IMG/VR virus record: IMGVR_UViG_3300035670_000108
Span: 25,048-89,047 of that record
DNA: 64,000 nt
Reading direction: 5' to 3' (one strand)
Source: a virus
Numbering within the stretch: the stretch's first letter is position 1; each line of letters opens with the position of its first letter. A model generated the notes under the pieces. The model did no database searches and was not told the DNA's origin. It saw only the letters and a list, made by a program, of their open reading frames with translations. Both the position numbers and the translations under genes were made by a program. Shown here one piece after another: positions 1 to 8,466 of the stretch.

Positions 1-45
1 GGGGTTAATCAGGTATTCCAACAGGAGCTAGGAATATAGCAGGGT

Positions 46-255
46 TTATGGGTTTTGTTGCACGTCTTTTTTGGCAAGTGCCCGGTCTTCTCGGCGCAGG
101 ATAGACAACGCATTCTCCTGCGCGCGGCGGTCGCCCGAGTTGCCGCTGATGGTCACCGGAGCGCAGCCCTTCTTGGTCAGCACCAGGTTGCCCTTGCGGG
201 TCCGTCTGCCGACCTTCCAGCCGTGGGCTTCGACGTACTCGGAGACCTTCTGCAT
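46..255 (-). CDS. HicA-like small basic protein (dsRBD-fold candidate)
   Basis: Start trimmed to MQKVSEYVEAHGWKVGRRTRKGNLVLTKKGCAPVTISGNSGDRRA; resembles phage HicA-like proteins but has N where the HicA catalytic His is expected. Confidence 0.45.
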   Translation of the reverse strand: MQKVSEYVEAHGWKVGRRTRKGNLVLTKKGCAPVTISGNSGDRRAQENALSILRREDRALAKKDVQQNP

Positions 256-266
256 GGACTTGCCGA

Positions 267-920
267 TCAAGGGGTGGTCTCCACCTTCAGGGTGAAGAAC
301 GGCGTGCCGTCTTCGCGGGCGCCAGGCTGCACGATCAGCTCGCAGCCCTTCGGCAGCTTTTCCCGCAGCTCGCCGAACACCGTGGCCAGGTGCTGGTTGA
401 TCACGGCCTGGGCCTTCACCAGCTGGAAGATGGTCACTTCGTCGCCAAGCCTCAGGCTGCCGCGGATCGCTGCGTCGGCCTCGGCCTTCACCTCGGCGGC
501 GGTAGCCGAATAGACCTCGTCCATGAAGGCGTATTCCTTCTGCAGCTGGTCGCGGCAGAAGGCGTCGATCATCTCCTTCAGCGCGGTTCCCCACTCGACG
601 TCCGACAGGCCATCCTTGCGGAACCAGAGCATCATCGAGAAGTTCAGCCAGTCGATCGGGTCACCCTTGGGCAGGTGAGCCAGAAGCTGGCCCAGCAGCT
701 CCAGCACGTTGGTGCGCTCAGGGTCGTTCCAGCCTTTTCGCCCCTTCGCCTGGGACAGGGCCAGCTTCTGCATCATCCCGCCTGCGGCCTGCAGGACCCC
801 GTCGATGTCAACAGAGCGCTGCAGCGCTTCTTCGCCTTCGTATCCGACCATCTGCGCCTGGCGGCGCAGCTCGGCCAGACTTTCGGCGAGGTGAGGTAGC
901 ACTTTCTTCACAGTCATCAT
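267..920 (-). CDS. hypothetical phage protein
   Basis: 217-aa ORF with AGGAG RBS; contains KL..S.AKGRKGW.DP...HLPKGDPID..NF.MMLW, a block I recognise from phage accessory proteins. Confidence 0.75.
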   Translation of the reverse strand: MMTVKKVLPHLAESLAELRRQAQMVGYEGEEALQRSVDIDGVLQAAGGMMQKLALSQAKGRKGWNDPERTNVLELLGQLLAHLPKGDPIDWLNFSMMLWFRKDGLSDVEWGTALKEMIDAFCRDQLQKEYAFMDEVYSATAAEVKAEADAAIRGSLRLGDEVTIFQLVKAQAVINQHLATVFGELREKLPKGCELIVQPGAREDGTPFFTLKVETTP

Positions 921-933
921 CGTCTCCTGGCGG

Positions 934-1143
934 TCAGGCGACCGCCTCCAGTTCAGCTTCCAAAGCCCACAGCGGCACGTTGGCCTTGACGAATGCCTCA
1001 GCCATGCCTGGCGGTACCGAGTTGCCCACCATGCGCACCTGGTCGCCGCCGGCCGTGCGAGAGCCGGGGCAGGTGGTCAGGGCTTCCAGGGACCAGGATC
1101 GTATGCCGTCGAGCTTGCTGGTGGTGCTGATGCGGATTGTCAT
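934..1143 (-). pseudogene. chimeric remnant: Gp88-like N-terminus fused to a C5 DNA methyltransferase C-terminus
   Basis: N-terminal IRISTTSKLDGIRSWSLEALTTCPGS and C-terminal QVRMVGNSVPPGMAEAFVKAN (resembles MTase motif X) in a 69-aa ORF. Confidence 0.6.
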
Positions 1144-1301
1144 TGTTCTGGCCCGTACTTGCGCTCACCGCAGGCGCAGCGATAGACGCCCCGGCGGGTG
1201 ATCGAGATCGAGCGGAGGGTCTGGGTTTTGGTGGTCACGTTCTTCACGAACACCCATTTGTGGCGCTTGCCCTTGGTGCAGGGCTGGACTTTAAGGGACA
1301 T
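1140..1301 (-). CDS. small basic Cys/His protein (53 aa, not in ORF track)
   Basis: MSLKVQPCTKGKRHKW...YRCACGERKYGPEQ fills the gap; GGAG RBS; ATGA overlap with the next gene. Confidence 0.6.
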   Translation of the reverse strand: MSLKVQPCTKGKRHKWVFVKNVTTKTQTLRSISITRRGVYRCACGERKYGPEQ

Positions 1302-1304
1302 CGG

Positions 1305-1643
1305 TCACTCCTTGGCTTTGTCGATTTCGGTTTGCAGCAGGGTCTGCACGGCTATGCGGGTGGTCCCCTCGCGTAGCTCCGGGTTCAGCTGCTGGGCGAA
1401 CTTCACCAGCAGCTCCTCCACCTCGGTGACGTGGAACAGGCCGACGTTGCGCTTCAGCATCTTGGCCAGGTCGTAGTCGACCGTCTTGGCGGGGACGGTG
1501 CCGATCACCATGGAGATGAACTCCTGGCCCTTCGGCGGCTTGAAGCTCACCTGCAGGTAGTTGCCGTTGTCGCCGCGGCTGAGCTTGTTGAAGGTGGTCG
1601 AATAGGTGCAGTCGCCCAGCGACAGAGTTTGCGGGGTGCTCAT
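1305..1643 (-). CDS. hypothetical protein
   Basis: 112-aa ORF tiling the operon. Confidence 0.7.
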   Translation of the reverse strand: MSTPQTLSLGDCTYSTTFNKLSRGDNGNYLQVSFKPPKGQEFISMVIGTVPAKTVDYDLAKMLKRNVGLFHVTEVEELLVKFAQQLNPELREGTTRIAVQTLLQTEIDKAKE

Positions 1644-1645
1644 GA

Positions 1646-1864
1646 CTATGCCCTCGGGTGGTGGAGGTGGTTGAACAGGCGCCGCCAGAAATAGCTGCGC
1701 ACGATGCTGATGGCGGTGAACAGGGCCACGATCTGCATGTTGTCGTTGAGACTGGCGTGCAGACCGTAGAGCGGGAAGATGACCAGCTGGGCAATCACCG
1801 AGATGATGTAGCCGGTCAGGGTGTTGAGGAACGTCTCCAGGATCGACTGCCAGCGGGTCTGCAT
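1646..1864 (-). CDS. small two-TM membrane protein
   Basis: MQT..QS..E...N...G......Q..IFP..G.......N......FT..S..RSY..RR.FN pattern typical of a phage family; GGGGAG RBS. Confidence 0.75.
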   Translation of the reverse strand: MQTRWQSILETFLNTLTGYIISVIAQLVIFPLYGLHASLNDNMQIVALFTAISIVRSYFWRRLFNHLHHPRA

Positions 1865-1866
1865 GG

Positions 1867-2307
1867 CTACTCCCCCGTGAAGGCTCGGCGCTGCAGCTCC
1901 TTCATCTTCGCCTTCTTCACCTTCTTGGCGCTGGCCTTCATCCACGGGTTGCGGCCGATGGTGCGCTCCGCCTCGATCTTCACCTGGCGACGCTCGGCCG
2001 CGGCGAAGTCCTCGATGCCCTCCTTGCCGATGACGTGGGTGGCATCCTCTGCCTTGTCCACGACCTCGTAGCCCTTGTCGGTCAGCGCGGTGGCGACGCG
2101 GCGGACAAGGGCGGGGTCCATCCCGTCCCCGATGACGGCGATCTTGACCTTGTCGGGTTGAGCTTCTTGCATGGCTATCTCCTGCTGCTGGAACATGTTT
2201 CGCAGCGCCGGTATCAGTGCTGCGGTTAGGGTGGTCTTGCCGTGGTCGATATGGCCGATGGTGCCGACGTTGACTCGTGGACGGCGGGGTTTGATGGCGT
2301 CAAGCAT
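1867..2307 (-). CDS. 146-aa protein with an EF-Tu-like N-terminal peptide
   Basis: [19 protein letters not shown] at residues 12-30; TGATG coupling to the upstream gene; no other GTPase motifs. Confidence 0.75.
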   Translation of the reverse strand: MLDAIKPRRPRVNVGTIGHIDHGKTTLTAALIPALRNMFQQQEIAMQEAQPDKVKIAVIGDGMDPALVRRVATALTDKGYEVVDKAEDATHVIGKEGIEDFAAAERRQVKIEAERTIGRNPWMKASAKKVKKAKMKELQRRAFTGE

Positions 2308-2930
2308 CAGCCCTTTCCCCCGTACAGGTAGTGGTCGAATGGGGTGACGATGTCGGTTCCGGGCTCCTGCTCGGCGATCTGCTGCTGGATCTCGAGCCAC
2401 TCCTTGCGCCAGGCCAGGATGTCGCCGCGTAGCACCTGCACCGTGTCGGTGGGCGGCTTGGGCCAGCCCTCGCGGCGGTTACTCAGTATGCGGTGGAGGT
2501 GGGGCGCCAGGTGGTTCCAGGCCTGCTCCACCAGGGGCAGAGTGTCGCGCGGGCGGTCGCCCTGGCTGAAGGCTTTCACCACCTGGTGCACGGCGTCACC
2601 CAGGCGGTCAGGTTGCTTGGCCAGATAGGCAACAAGGACGGGGTCATTCATCACCAGAGGTTGCGGCTCCTCACCCTTGCCGACCACCCGCAGGATCACG
2701 TCGCCGTGGCACGGCTTCGGCCAGCAGCAGCACACGATGTCCTTGTGCGCCAGCTCGCGGCGCATCATGGTCACCAGGTTTGGGTTGAGGAACAGCCAGT
2801 GCTCGTAGAGCTTGATGCAGCCCTCGCGGCCAAAGGTGCGCTCGTCGAAGGGGTTGCCCCAGGGACCCGGGCGCATGATGTTCACCGCGTCGGCCGGGAT
2901 CTCGCGGTGGCGGACGTTAAACAGTTCCAT
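2307..2930 (-). CDS. DUF4326-domain protein
   Basis: [10 protein letters not shown]...GRE..I..Y..WL...[15 protein letters not shown] signature. Confidence 0.8.
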   Translation of the reverse strand: MELFNVRHREIPADAVNIMRPGPWGNPFDERTFGREGCIKLYEHWLFLNPNLVTMMRRELAHKDIVCCCWPKPCHGDVILRVVGKGEEPQPLVMNDPVLVAYLAKQPDRLGDAVHQVVKAFSQGDRPRDTLPLVEQAWNHLAPHLHRILSNRREGWPKPPTDTVQVLRGDILAWRKEWLEIQQQIAEQEPGTDIVTPFDHYLYGGKG

Positions 2931-3282
2931 CGTAGGCCACCGGCGATTGCTGGATCAGGCCGATCAGCTTGGTGATCTCCTGGCGGGCGAAGTAGTGAGG
3001 GTCCGGGAAACCGGCCGGGCAGATCTGCTTGATCAGCGCCTCGGCCGCCACGCGGAGGTCGTGGGCATGCAGCTGAGCCTTGAGGTCGGCCATGCTCACC
3101 TGCTTGTTCAGCCAGGCCGCGTCGGTGTTTCGCAGGTGCTGCAGCGGGCCGCTGATTTCCGCGCTGACCAGGCCATAACGGCCCGTCGCCCAGGCACTGC
3201 GCAGATCGGCCTTCCAGAATCGACCGTGGTTCTTCTCCCACGCCACCAGGGCTCGAACAATCTCAATAGGTAGTCGTTTCAT
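2917..3282 (-). CDS. hypothetical phage protein
   Basis: 121-aa ORF behind a palindrome plus GGAGGAG RBS; HGR.WK..L..AW.TG motif. Confidence 0.75.
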   Translation of the reverse strand: MKRLPIEIVRALVAWEKNHGRFWKADLRSAWATGRYGLVSAEISGPLQHLRNTDAAWLNKQVSMADLKAQLHAHDLRVAAEALIKQICPAGFPDPHYFARQEITKLIGLIQQSPVAYDGTV

Positions 3283-3301
3283 TTGCTCCTCCAGGAAGCA
3301 A

Positions 3302-3330
3302 CAGACCCTGCAAAGACTTTGCAGGGTCTG
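3302..3330. repeat. 17-bp palindrome copy extended to a 29-bp inverted repeat
   Basis: cagaccctgcaaag-a-ctttgcagggtctg. Confidence 0.95.
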
Positions 3331-3351
3331 AAGGTTAGACGAATTGGCGGA

Positions 3352-3657
3352 TCAGCGGAAGTCGTACAGTTGCTTGCGCAGTTGCGCTCGCTCCACGTCC
3401 CAGTCCTGGCCGGTGCAATAGGTCATCACCTGGCCCCTCACGTAGAGGCGCTCGATAGCCCAGCGGCCAGGCCACTCCTTCAGGGGGCGGGCGATGTTCT
3501 CGGCGATGACCTGCTTCTTGTCCTGGCGGCAGCGTTTGGTGACCATGTCCAGCAAGGATCGCTGCTGTTTGTCCGTCAACACCTGCTGCGCGTTGGGGTT
3601 TTCTCGTGCGTCTCGCATCATCATCTTCAGCGAGATCTCCTCGTGGGCTGTGCTCAC
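3352..3657 (-). CDS. hypothetical protein
   Basis: 101-aa ORF, 4-bp overlap with upstream gene; YCTGQDW motif. Confidence 0.7.
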   Translation of the reverse strand: MSTAHEEISLKMMMRDARENPNAQQVLTDKQQRSLLDMVTKRCRQDKKQVIAENIARPLKEWPGRWAIERLYVRGQVMTYCTGQDWDVERAQLRKQLYDFR

Positions 3658-3938
3658 AGTGCGTACTCCCGTTTGATGGCCAGATAGCGGGTGGTGTCGA
3701 CCTTCTGCACCACCCAGTCAGTGGCCTCGGCCTCGTTGTCGCCGCCGGCCGGGTAGACCCCAACGACGGTGGGGATCGAGAAGCTCTGCCCCTTGGCGGT
3801 GACGATGCGGTCGCCGGGCTCGACCTTCATGTCCTCGGGCGCCAGGTAGAAGTAGGAGCGGTTGCCACCGCCACTGAAGATCACGCCGACAACGACGTAG
3901 GGGGTCTTGGGTTTCGGGTCGAGCAAGGGGTGGCTCAT
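3654..3938 (-). CDS. hypothetical protein
   Basis: 94-aa ORF with ATGA overlap; V.F...SY.Y...VEPGD...WVVQKVD pattern common in phages. Confidence 0.7.
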   Translation of the reverse strand: MSHPLLDPKPKTPYVVVGVIFSGGGNRSYFYLAPEDMKVEPGDRIVTAKGQSFSIPTVVGVYPAGGDNEAEATDWVVQKVDTTRYLAIKREYAL

Positions 3939-4438
3939 GGCAGTTGTTCCTCGGGCATTTCCAGGCGGTAGAAGCCCAGCACCTGGGTGCCGTTGACCTC
4001 CTGGACGGTGAAGGTGATCTCGGGGCCGGCGACGTTGTCCAGCTGCTCCATCAGCGAGCTGACGAAGGCGTCGACCTGCGGCGGCTGCAGCTCGTGGTAG
4101 CGGTCGAACAGGCCGTTGTAGCTGGCCGGCGCCACCTGGGCGATCAGGTCGAGCAGGAACTCTGCCGTCTCCTCGTCGGTGTAGCTGGCCGGGCTGACAA
4201 GGTGGGGGCCGCCATCGGCTACCGTCTCGGCCGGCGCGCTGTGCACCTCGAAGACCACCAGGCAGTTGTCACCCTTGAGGCTCGCCAGCGGGTTGCTCTT
4301 GAGGGTGGCTATCGCCTCGTCGACGTCGCGGTTGGTCGGCGCCAGCAGTCGCCGGGCCTCTTCCTCGCTGATGCCGACGTGCTGGGGGCCGACGCGGCGG
4401 GAGAAGTGGCCGGGAATGGTGCGGCGTTGGTAACTCAT
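3935..4438 (-). CDS. hypothetical protein
   Basis: Start trimmed to MSYQRR (AAGGAG RBS, ATGA overlap). Confidence 0.7.
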   Translation of the reverse strand: MSYQRRTIPGHFSRRVGPQHVGISEEEARRLLAPTNRDVDEAIATLKSNPLASLKGDNCLVVFEVHSAPAETVADGGPHLVSPASYTDEETAEFLLDLIAQVAPASYNGLFDRYHELQPPQVDAFVSSLMEQLDNVAGPEITFTVQEVNGTQVLGFYRLEMPEEQLP

Positions 4439-4689
4439 GGGGTGGCTCCTTTGCGTGGTTGACAGTCGGTGTGGTAGGTCGGCTCGGTCTTCCACACCTT
4501 AGAACGAGCGATCAGCTCGTCGAGAATCTGGCGTCGGGTTTTGGCGTTTCCAGCGGCGTCAGTGTTGAACGGGTTGAGGGTCTGCGACTCGGTGAAAGTG
4601 CGCGAGGCCTTCTTGTTGCAGACGGGGCAGATTCCCGACTTCTTGATCGGGTACTTGACCACCTCGAAGTTCACGCGGGTTGTACGCAT
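4435..4689 (-). CDS. small Zn-binding protein
   Basis: CPVC...HTDC and QTLNPFN motifs. Confidence 0.7.
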   Translation of the reverse strand: MRTTRVNFEVVKYPIKKSGICPVCNKKASRTFTESQTLNPFNTDAAGNAKTRRQILDELIARSKVWKTEPTYHTDCQPRKGATP

Positions 4690-5117
4690 GGCTCACCCTC
4701 CATGCCGCCGGCATAGATCTTCACGTCGTCGCCTAAGTACAGGTCAATCGGTAGGAAGTCGGTGTCGTAGCCGCAGGCCTTAGTCAGGCGCAGCCCGACA
4801 TCGCCCAGGCCACGATCCCAGAACCCGCAGCCGTGACCGTTACGGGTCAGCCAGAGGTCATGACCGGCGTAATCGTAGGCCGTACCCTGGCTAGGGTCAT
4901 AGCTGATCTGGTCGGTGTACAGCTCCAGGTCATCGCGGTAGCGCTCGAAGAACTTGGTGGCCTCGGCCTTCAGGCGCTCTTCCTGGTGCTCCCCCCACTC
5001 GAAGTTGTCCGAGTCGAGGTCAACGTCTTGGCCGGTCTGCGGGTGGGTGCTGGTGCTGCTCCACAGGGCGGCCACCAGGTAGCCGCGCAGGAACTCTTCA
5101 AGGAGTGGGTTACTCAT
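4671..5117 (-). CDS. conserved hypothetical phage protein
   Basis: Y..AALWSS...AGHDLWLTRNGHGCGFWDRG block. Confidence 0.8.
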   Translation of the reverse strand: MSNPLLEEFLRGYLVAALWSSTSTHPQTGQDVDLDSDNFEWGEHQEERLKAEATKFFERYRDDLELYTDQISYDPSQGTAYDYAGHDLWLTRNGHGCGFWDRGLGDVGLRLTKACGYDTDFLPIDLYLGDDVKIYAGGMEGEPCVQPA

Positions 5118-5367
5118 GGGGGAATACCTCGTCGATAATGTGGCGGCAGCGGCGGCACTCTCGCGCGCCAGCCGCCTCGGCGGTGCGGAAGGAGCCGCCG
5201 GTGGAGTACGGCTTGCTGCCGCACATGGCCCCGCCGTCGTGGATAGCGTGGGCGACGCCGGTCTGGTCGTGCCAGCGGTTCAGCGAGGGCGCCCACCACA
5301 CGCCGGTGGCGTCGACAGCCCGGCGGATCTCGGCGAGCCGCCCCTTGCCTGGCTCACAGAGGTTCAT
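5110..5367 (-). CDS. hypothetical Cys/His protein
   Basis: 85-aa ORF; H...CG...CRRC. Confidence 0.65.
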   Translation of the reverse strand: MNLCEPGKGRLAEIRRAVDATGVWWAPSLNRWHDQTGVAHAIHDGGAMCGSKPYSTGGSFRTAEAAGARECRRCRHIIDEVFPHE

Positions 5368-5974
5368 CGCCTTCCGCCTCCTCGACGAAGGGCACGATGT
5401 CCACGGTGATGTCGAAGGTCTCGTCGATCTGGCCGTCCAGCGGGCCGCCGAACTGATCCAGCTTGAAGCGGCCGGCGTTCAGCACCAGGCACTTGCGCTT
5501 CGGCTCGATGCCGCGATCCCACAGATCGAGCATGTCCTTCACCGCGTTGTGCACCTGCTCGGACAGCTGGCCCATCGGGTCGTCACCGATGTCCGCGTCG
5601 TCCAGCAGGGCACCGGGTTCCAGCATGGCCAGGTTCAACTCTTCGTCAACCTCCAGGGCCGATCCCTCGATGGCGAAACACATGGCGCCGTTGAAGGTGC
5701 AGCCTGGGAAGGCGTTGATCTCTATGCGGATCTGGTTGAGCACCTTCGGCGCCGGCAGCTCGATGCCGTCGTCGTCCCAGGCGGCCGGATGGATGTCCCC
5801 CGGTACCACGCCGATGACCTTGATCTCGGTCTCGCGCATCGACCAGTCAGCGGCGGCCTGGGCACGGCCCTCGACGCCGGCAAGGGTGGCATCCTCCTGC
5901 TCAACCTCGACGGTGCAGATGTGGGTGGTGCCGGCGTCATTGGTTTGGCGGCAGAAAGTGGTGAACTTGAACAT
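5354..5974 (-). CDS. acidic hypothetical protein
   Basis: Start trimmed to MFKFTT after GAGGAGG. Confidence 0.7.
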   Translation of the reverse strand: MFKFTTFCRQTNDAGTTHICTVEVEQEDATLAGVEGRAQAAADWSMRETEIKVIGVVPGDIHPAAWDDDGIELPAPKVLNQIRIEINAFPGCTFNGAMCFAIEGSALEVDEELNLAMLEPGALLDDADIGDDPMGQLSEQVHNAVKDMLDLWDRGIEPKRKCLVLNAGRFKLDQFGGPLDGQIDETFDITVDIVPFVEEAEGDEPL

Positions 5975-6104
5975 GGCGACCTCCTCGGTCAAAACCAGAT
6001 ATAGCGGTAGAAGGTGTAGGTGCCGAGCAGGCCTCCCGGTTTGAAGACCTGATACCCAACGTGCACCCCTTGTCGGATGATCATTCGCAGACGGTAGCGT
6101 TGCT

Positions 6105-6362
6105 TCACAGGGAACCTCCCATTGCCTTGATCACCATCGGGGTGATGTCCTTGCGCGAGCCTTCCCAGAAGCGGAACGCCGGAGACCGGCCCACCTCGAA
6201 GTCGACGCGCATCATCAGCCGGCCGCGGCGGTTGGTCACGTAGGCCTGGCCATGCGGTTGCAGCAGATCCGGCTGGAATGTGGCGGCGTTGCGGATTGCC
6301 TCGCGCGCCGCCACCCGCACCTTGGCCAGGAAGGCCTCATTGAGGCTCGTTGGCGTGATCAT
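6105..6362 (-). CDS. hypothetical protein
   Basis: ORF overlapping the end of the upstream gene; start uncertain. Confidence 0.6.
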   Translation of the reverse strand: MITPTSLNEAFLAKVRVAAREAIRNAATFQPDLLQPHGQAYVTNRRGRLMMRVDFEVGRSPAFRFWEGSRKDITPMVIKAMGGSL

Positions 6363-6687
6363 GGGAGGTACCCTCGTAGCCAATGGCCAACAGGTTCTGG
6401 ATGGCGGCGTCGATCGCCGTGGCCTTGGCCTGCGCCTCGCCCATGATCTCGTCGCGGGCCTTCTCCATGGCCTTGACTTCCAGGCTGATCATGTCGATCT
6501 CGCCCTCGGGCAGCGGCACTTCCACTTCGTGCTCGCAGATGAAGATCTCGCCGGAGGTGTTGGCCTTCAGCTGCCGGGGGTCCCAGCTTTGCATCGAGAA
6601 GGTGTAAGGCAGTTGCCCTGGTTCGACATAACACCGGCGGCGAGCGACGACATAGAGCTTCTGTTTCAGAGCGGAGGGGAGTTTCAT
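6337..6687 (-). CDS. hypothetical protein
   Basis: 116-aa ORF; its RBS (AGGTGA) overlaps the end of the palindrome at 6696. Confidence 0.7.
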   Translation of the reverse strand: MKLPSALKQKLYVVARRRCYVEPGQLPYTFSMQSWDPRQLKANTSGEIFICEHEVEVPLPEGEIDMISLEVKAMEKARDEIMGEAQAKATAIDAAIQNLLAIGYEGTSHDHANEPQ

Positions 6688-6739
6688 GGAGTCACCTACA
6701 AAGGCTTTGCAGCCTGGCTATTGATGGCGATGGAAAAGA

Positions 6740-6763
6740 TGCGGGAGGCCTAAGCCTCCCGCA
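6740..6763 (-). terminator. rho-independent terminator after the SGNH gene
   Basis: tgcgggaggc-ctaa-gcctcccgca hairpin followed by TCTTTT on the minus strand. Confidence 0.75.
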
Positions 6764-6780
6764 AATGGTGTTGCTGTCGA

Positions 6781-8112
6781 TCAGGTTGGGATCTGGCCGG
6801 GCACCGGCCTGATCTCCAACCCGGTGATGCGGAAAGTCCCGGTGGGCGGCCCCAGCGTCGACAGATAGCACGCTGCCCTGAGCCGCAGGTCGGTCGCGTC
6901 GGCCGGCATGACGAATCGAGGGGAGCGCGCTATACCCGCATCGGCCACCTGCGGCAGCAGGCTGACGTTGGTGTACTTGTCACCGTCCCAGAGGGAAGTG
7001 GTTCCGCCCGGGGTAATCAGCTGGAAGCCGAACTGCAGCGAAGCGATGTTGTTCACGTCGGCGTCGTGCTCGTACTGGGCCACGACTTCGTAGACTAGGC
7101 CTGGCGTCACCTTGTTTTGCAGGCCGATCTGGCGCATCAGGTCGATCGCCGCCGTCTGCGTCGCGGCCACGCCGCCGACCACGATTTGCTGCCAGGTCTT
7201 GCCATCCTTGGTGACCTTGGAATAGGTTCGGGTCACGCCAGTGGTGCCGGTCGAGTTGCTGCCGCTGTAGCCGGTGGCTAGCTGGCCGGAGCCGCCGCTG
7301 CCGACGGTGCCTGTGGTGCCTGCCGTCAGCGCGTTGCTGCTGGCCGACCCCTGCGGGTTGGTAGTCGCGTTCCACGGATTCTCCACCGTTGCGATGACCG
7401 GGATGGCGGTGAACAGGTTCGCTACCACCTCAGCGGCGGTGATGCCCCAGTAATAGGCGCCAAGGGTCAGCGGGTGCAGGCCGTCGCTGGTGTACCCGTC
7501 CTTGATGTCGTTGACCGTCCCATCCTTGAGCAGGTGGGTGTGGTTGTCCACGACGTAGCAACCGACCCCCGGCAGTTCGGCGAGCATCCGGCTGCGGATG
7601 GTCTGGGCGGTTACCAAATTGGCGCCGGCCAGTCGGGTAGCTGGGTAGATGTCGTTGCCGCGTGGCGCCGGGACGATGAAAATCAGCACCATGCGCGCGG
7701 TCTTCGCCGCGTCCCGCATGCGCTTCATCGACTCCAGCGTCTGGTCGGCAGTCACCCCGGCGTTCGGGTCGTTGGTCCCCACGGCGATGATGCCAAGGCC
7801 GGCGCCGGTGGCTATCATGGCCGTCATCCTCGCCTCGGCCATAAGCGTCGTATCGCCGCCCACGCCGAAGTTCCTATTCGGCGAGAAGTACAGCCGCTGC
7901 CCAGTTCGGCGGTTCATCGAGGTGATGAAGCCGTTGTTCTGGAAGCCGCCCACCGTGGACGAGTTCTGCAGCACTATGCTGTCGCCCAGGATCGCCAGCA
8001 GGTTGTTGCGCGGAGCGCCGTCCCAGGCTGGCGCTCCGCGGGGCGGTGGAGCGTCTTGCAGGTTGCTCGATAGGCTCTGGAACACAGCCCTTGCCAGCTT
8101 GTTCGCCAGCAT
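6781..8112 (-). CDS. SGNH/GDSL esterase with a C-terminal beta-rich domain
   Basis: Blocks ILGDSI, GVGGDT, GTND and DGLHP; Gly/Thr-rich linker. Confidence 0.85.
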   Translation of the reverse strand: MLANKLARAVFQSLSSNLQDAPPPRGAPAWDGAPRNNLLAILGDSIVLQNSSTVGGFQNNGFITSMNRRTGQRLYFSPNRNFGVGGDTTLMAEARMTAMIATGAGLGIIAVGTNDPNAGVTADQTLESMKRMRDAAKTARMVLIFIVPAPRGNDIYPATRLAGANLVTAQTIRSRMLAELPGVGCYVVDNHTHLLKDGTVNDIKDGYTSDGLHPLTLGAYYWGITAAEVVANLFTAIPVIATVENPWNATTNPQGSASSNALTAGTTGTVGSGGSGQLATGYSGSNSTGTTGVTRTYSKVTKDGKTWQQIVVGGVAATQTAAIDLMRQIGLQNKVTPGLVYEVVAQYEHDADVNNIASLQFGFQLITPGGTTSLWDGDKYTNVSLLPQVADAGIARSPRFVMPADATDLRLRAACYLSTLGPPTGTFRITGLEIRPVPGQIPT

Positions 8113-8115
8113 GGC

Positions 8116-8403
8116 TCAGGTCTCCGAAAATACGCCGATGGCCGCGCCGCCGGGCCGGGCCGCTGACCGCATCACACGGTAGGTGCCAGGCCCGAAGATC
8201 TGAACCTGGCGCTGCGCGTCGTTCAGCAGCGCCACGAAGTTATCGGCGCCGGGGGTGTCAATGACCACCTTGATCTGCTGGCTGACCTGGACGTTGGCGC
8301 TGGCGGCGAAGATCCCTACTACGGCTGAGGCCCCCGCGGCGAGCACGACGTCAGTGGACGTCGCAGCCGCCGTTCCTTCGGCCAGAATGGTTGACTGAGG
8401 CAT
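8116..8403 (-). CDS. small beta-rich protein co-inserted with the SGNH gene
   Basis: 95-aa ORF with GGGAG RBS; GPGTYRV motif. Confidence 0.75.
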   Translation of the reverse strand: MPQSTILAEGTAAATSTDVVLAAGASAVVGIFAASANVQVSQQIKVVIDTPGADNFVALLNDAQRQVQIFGPGTYRVMRSAARPGGAAIGVFSET

Positions 8404-8466
8404 GGTTAGCTCCCTGCTGGATGAGGCGTGGAAAGTGGCATCAAGACTACACCTGGTCGAAGTGAC

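Noticed and set aside
1867-2400. A genuine tuf/EF-Tu gene
   Set aside because: Only about 20 residues match; the protein is 146 aa and lacks the G2-G4 motifs and domains II and III.
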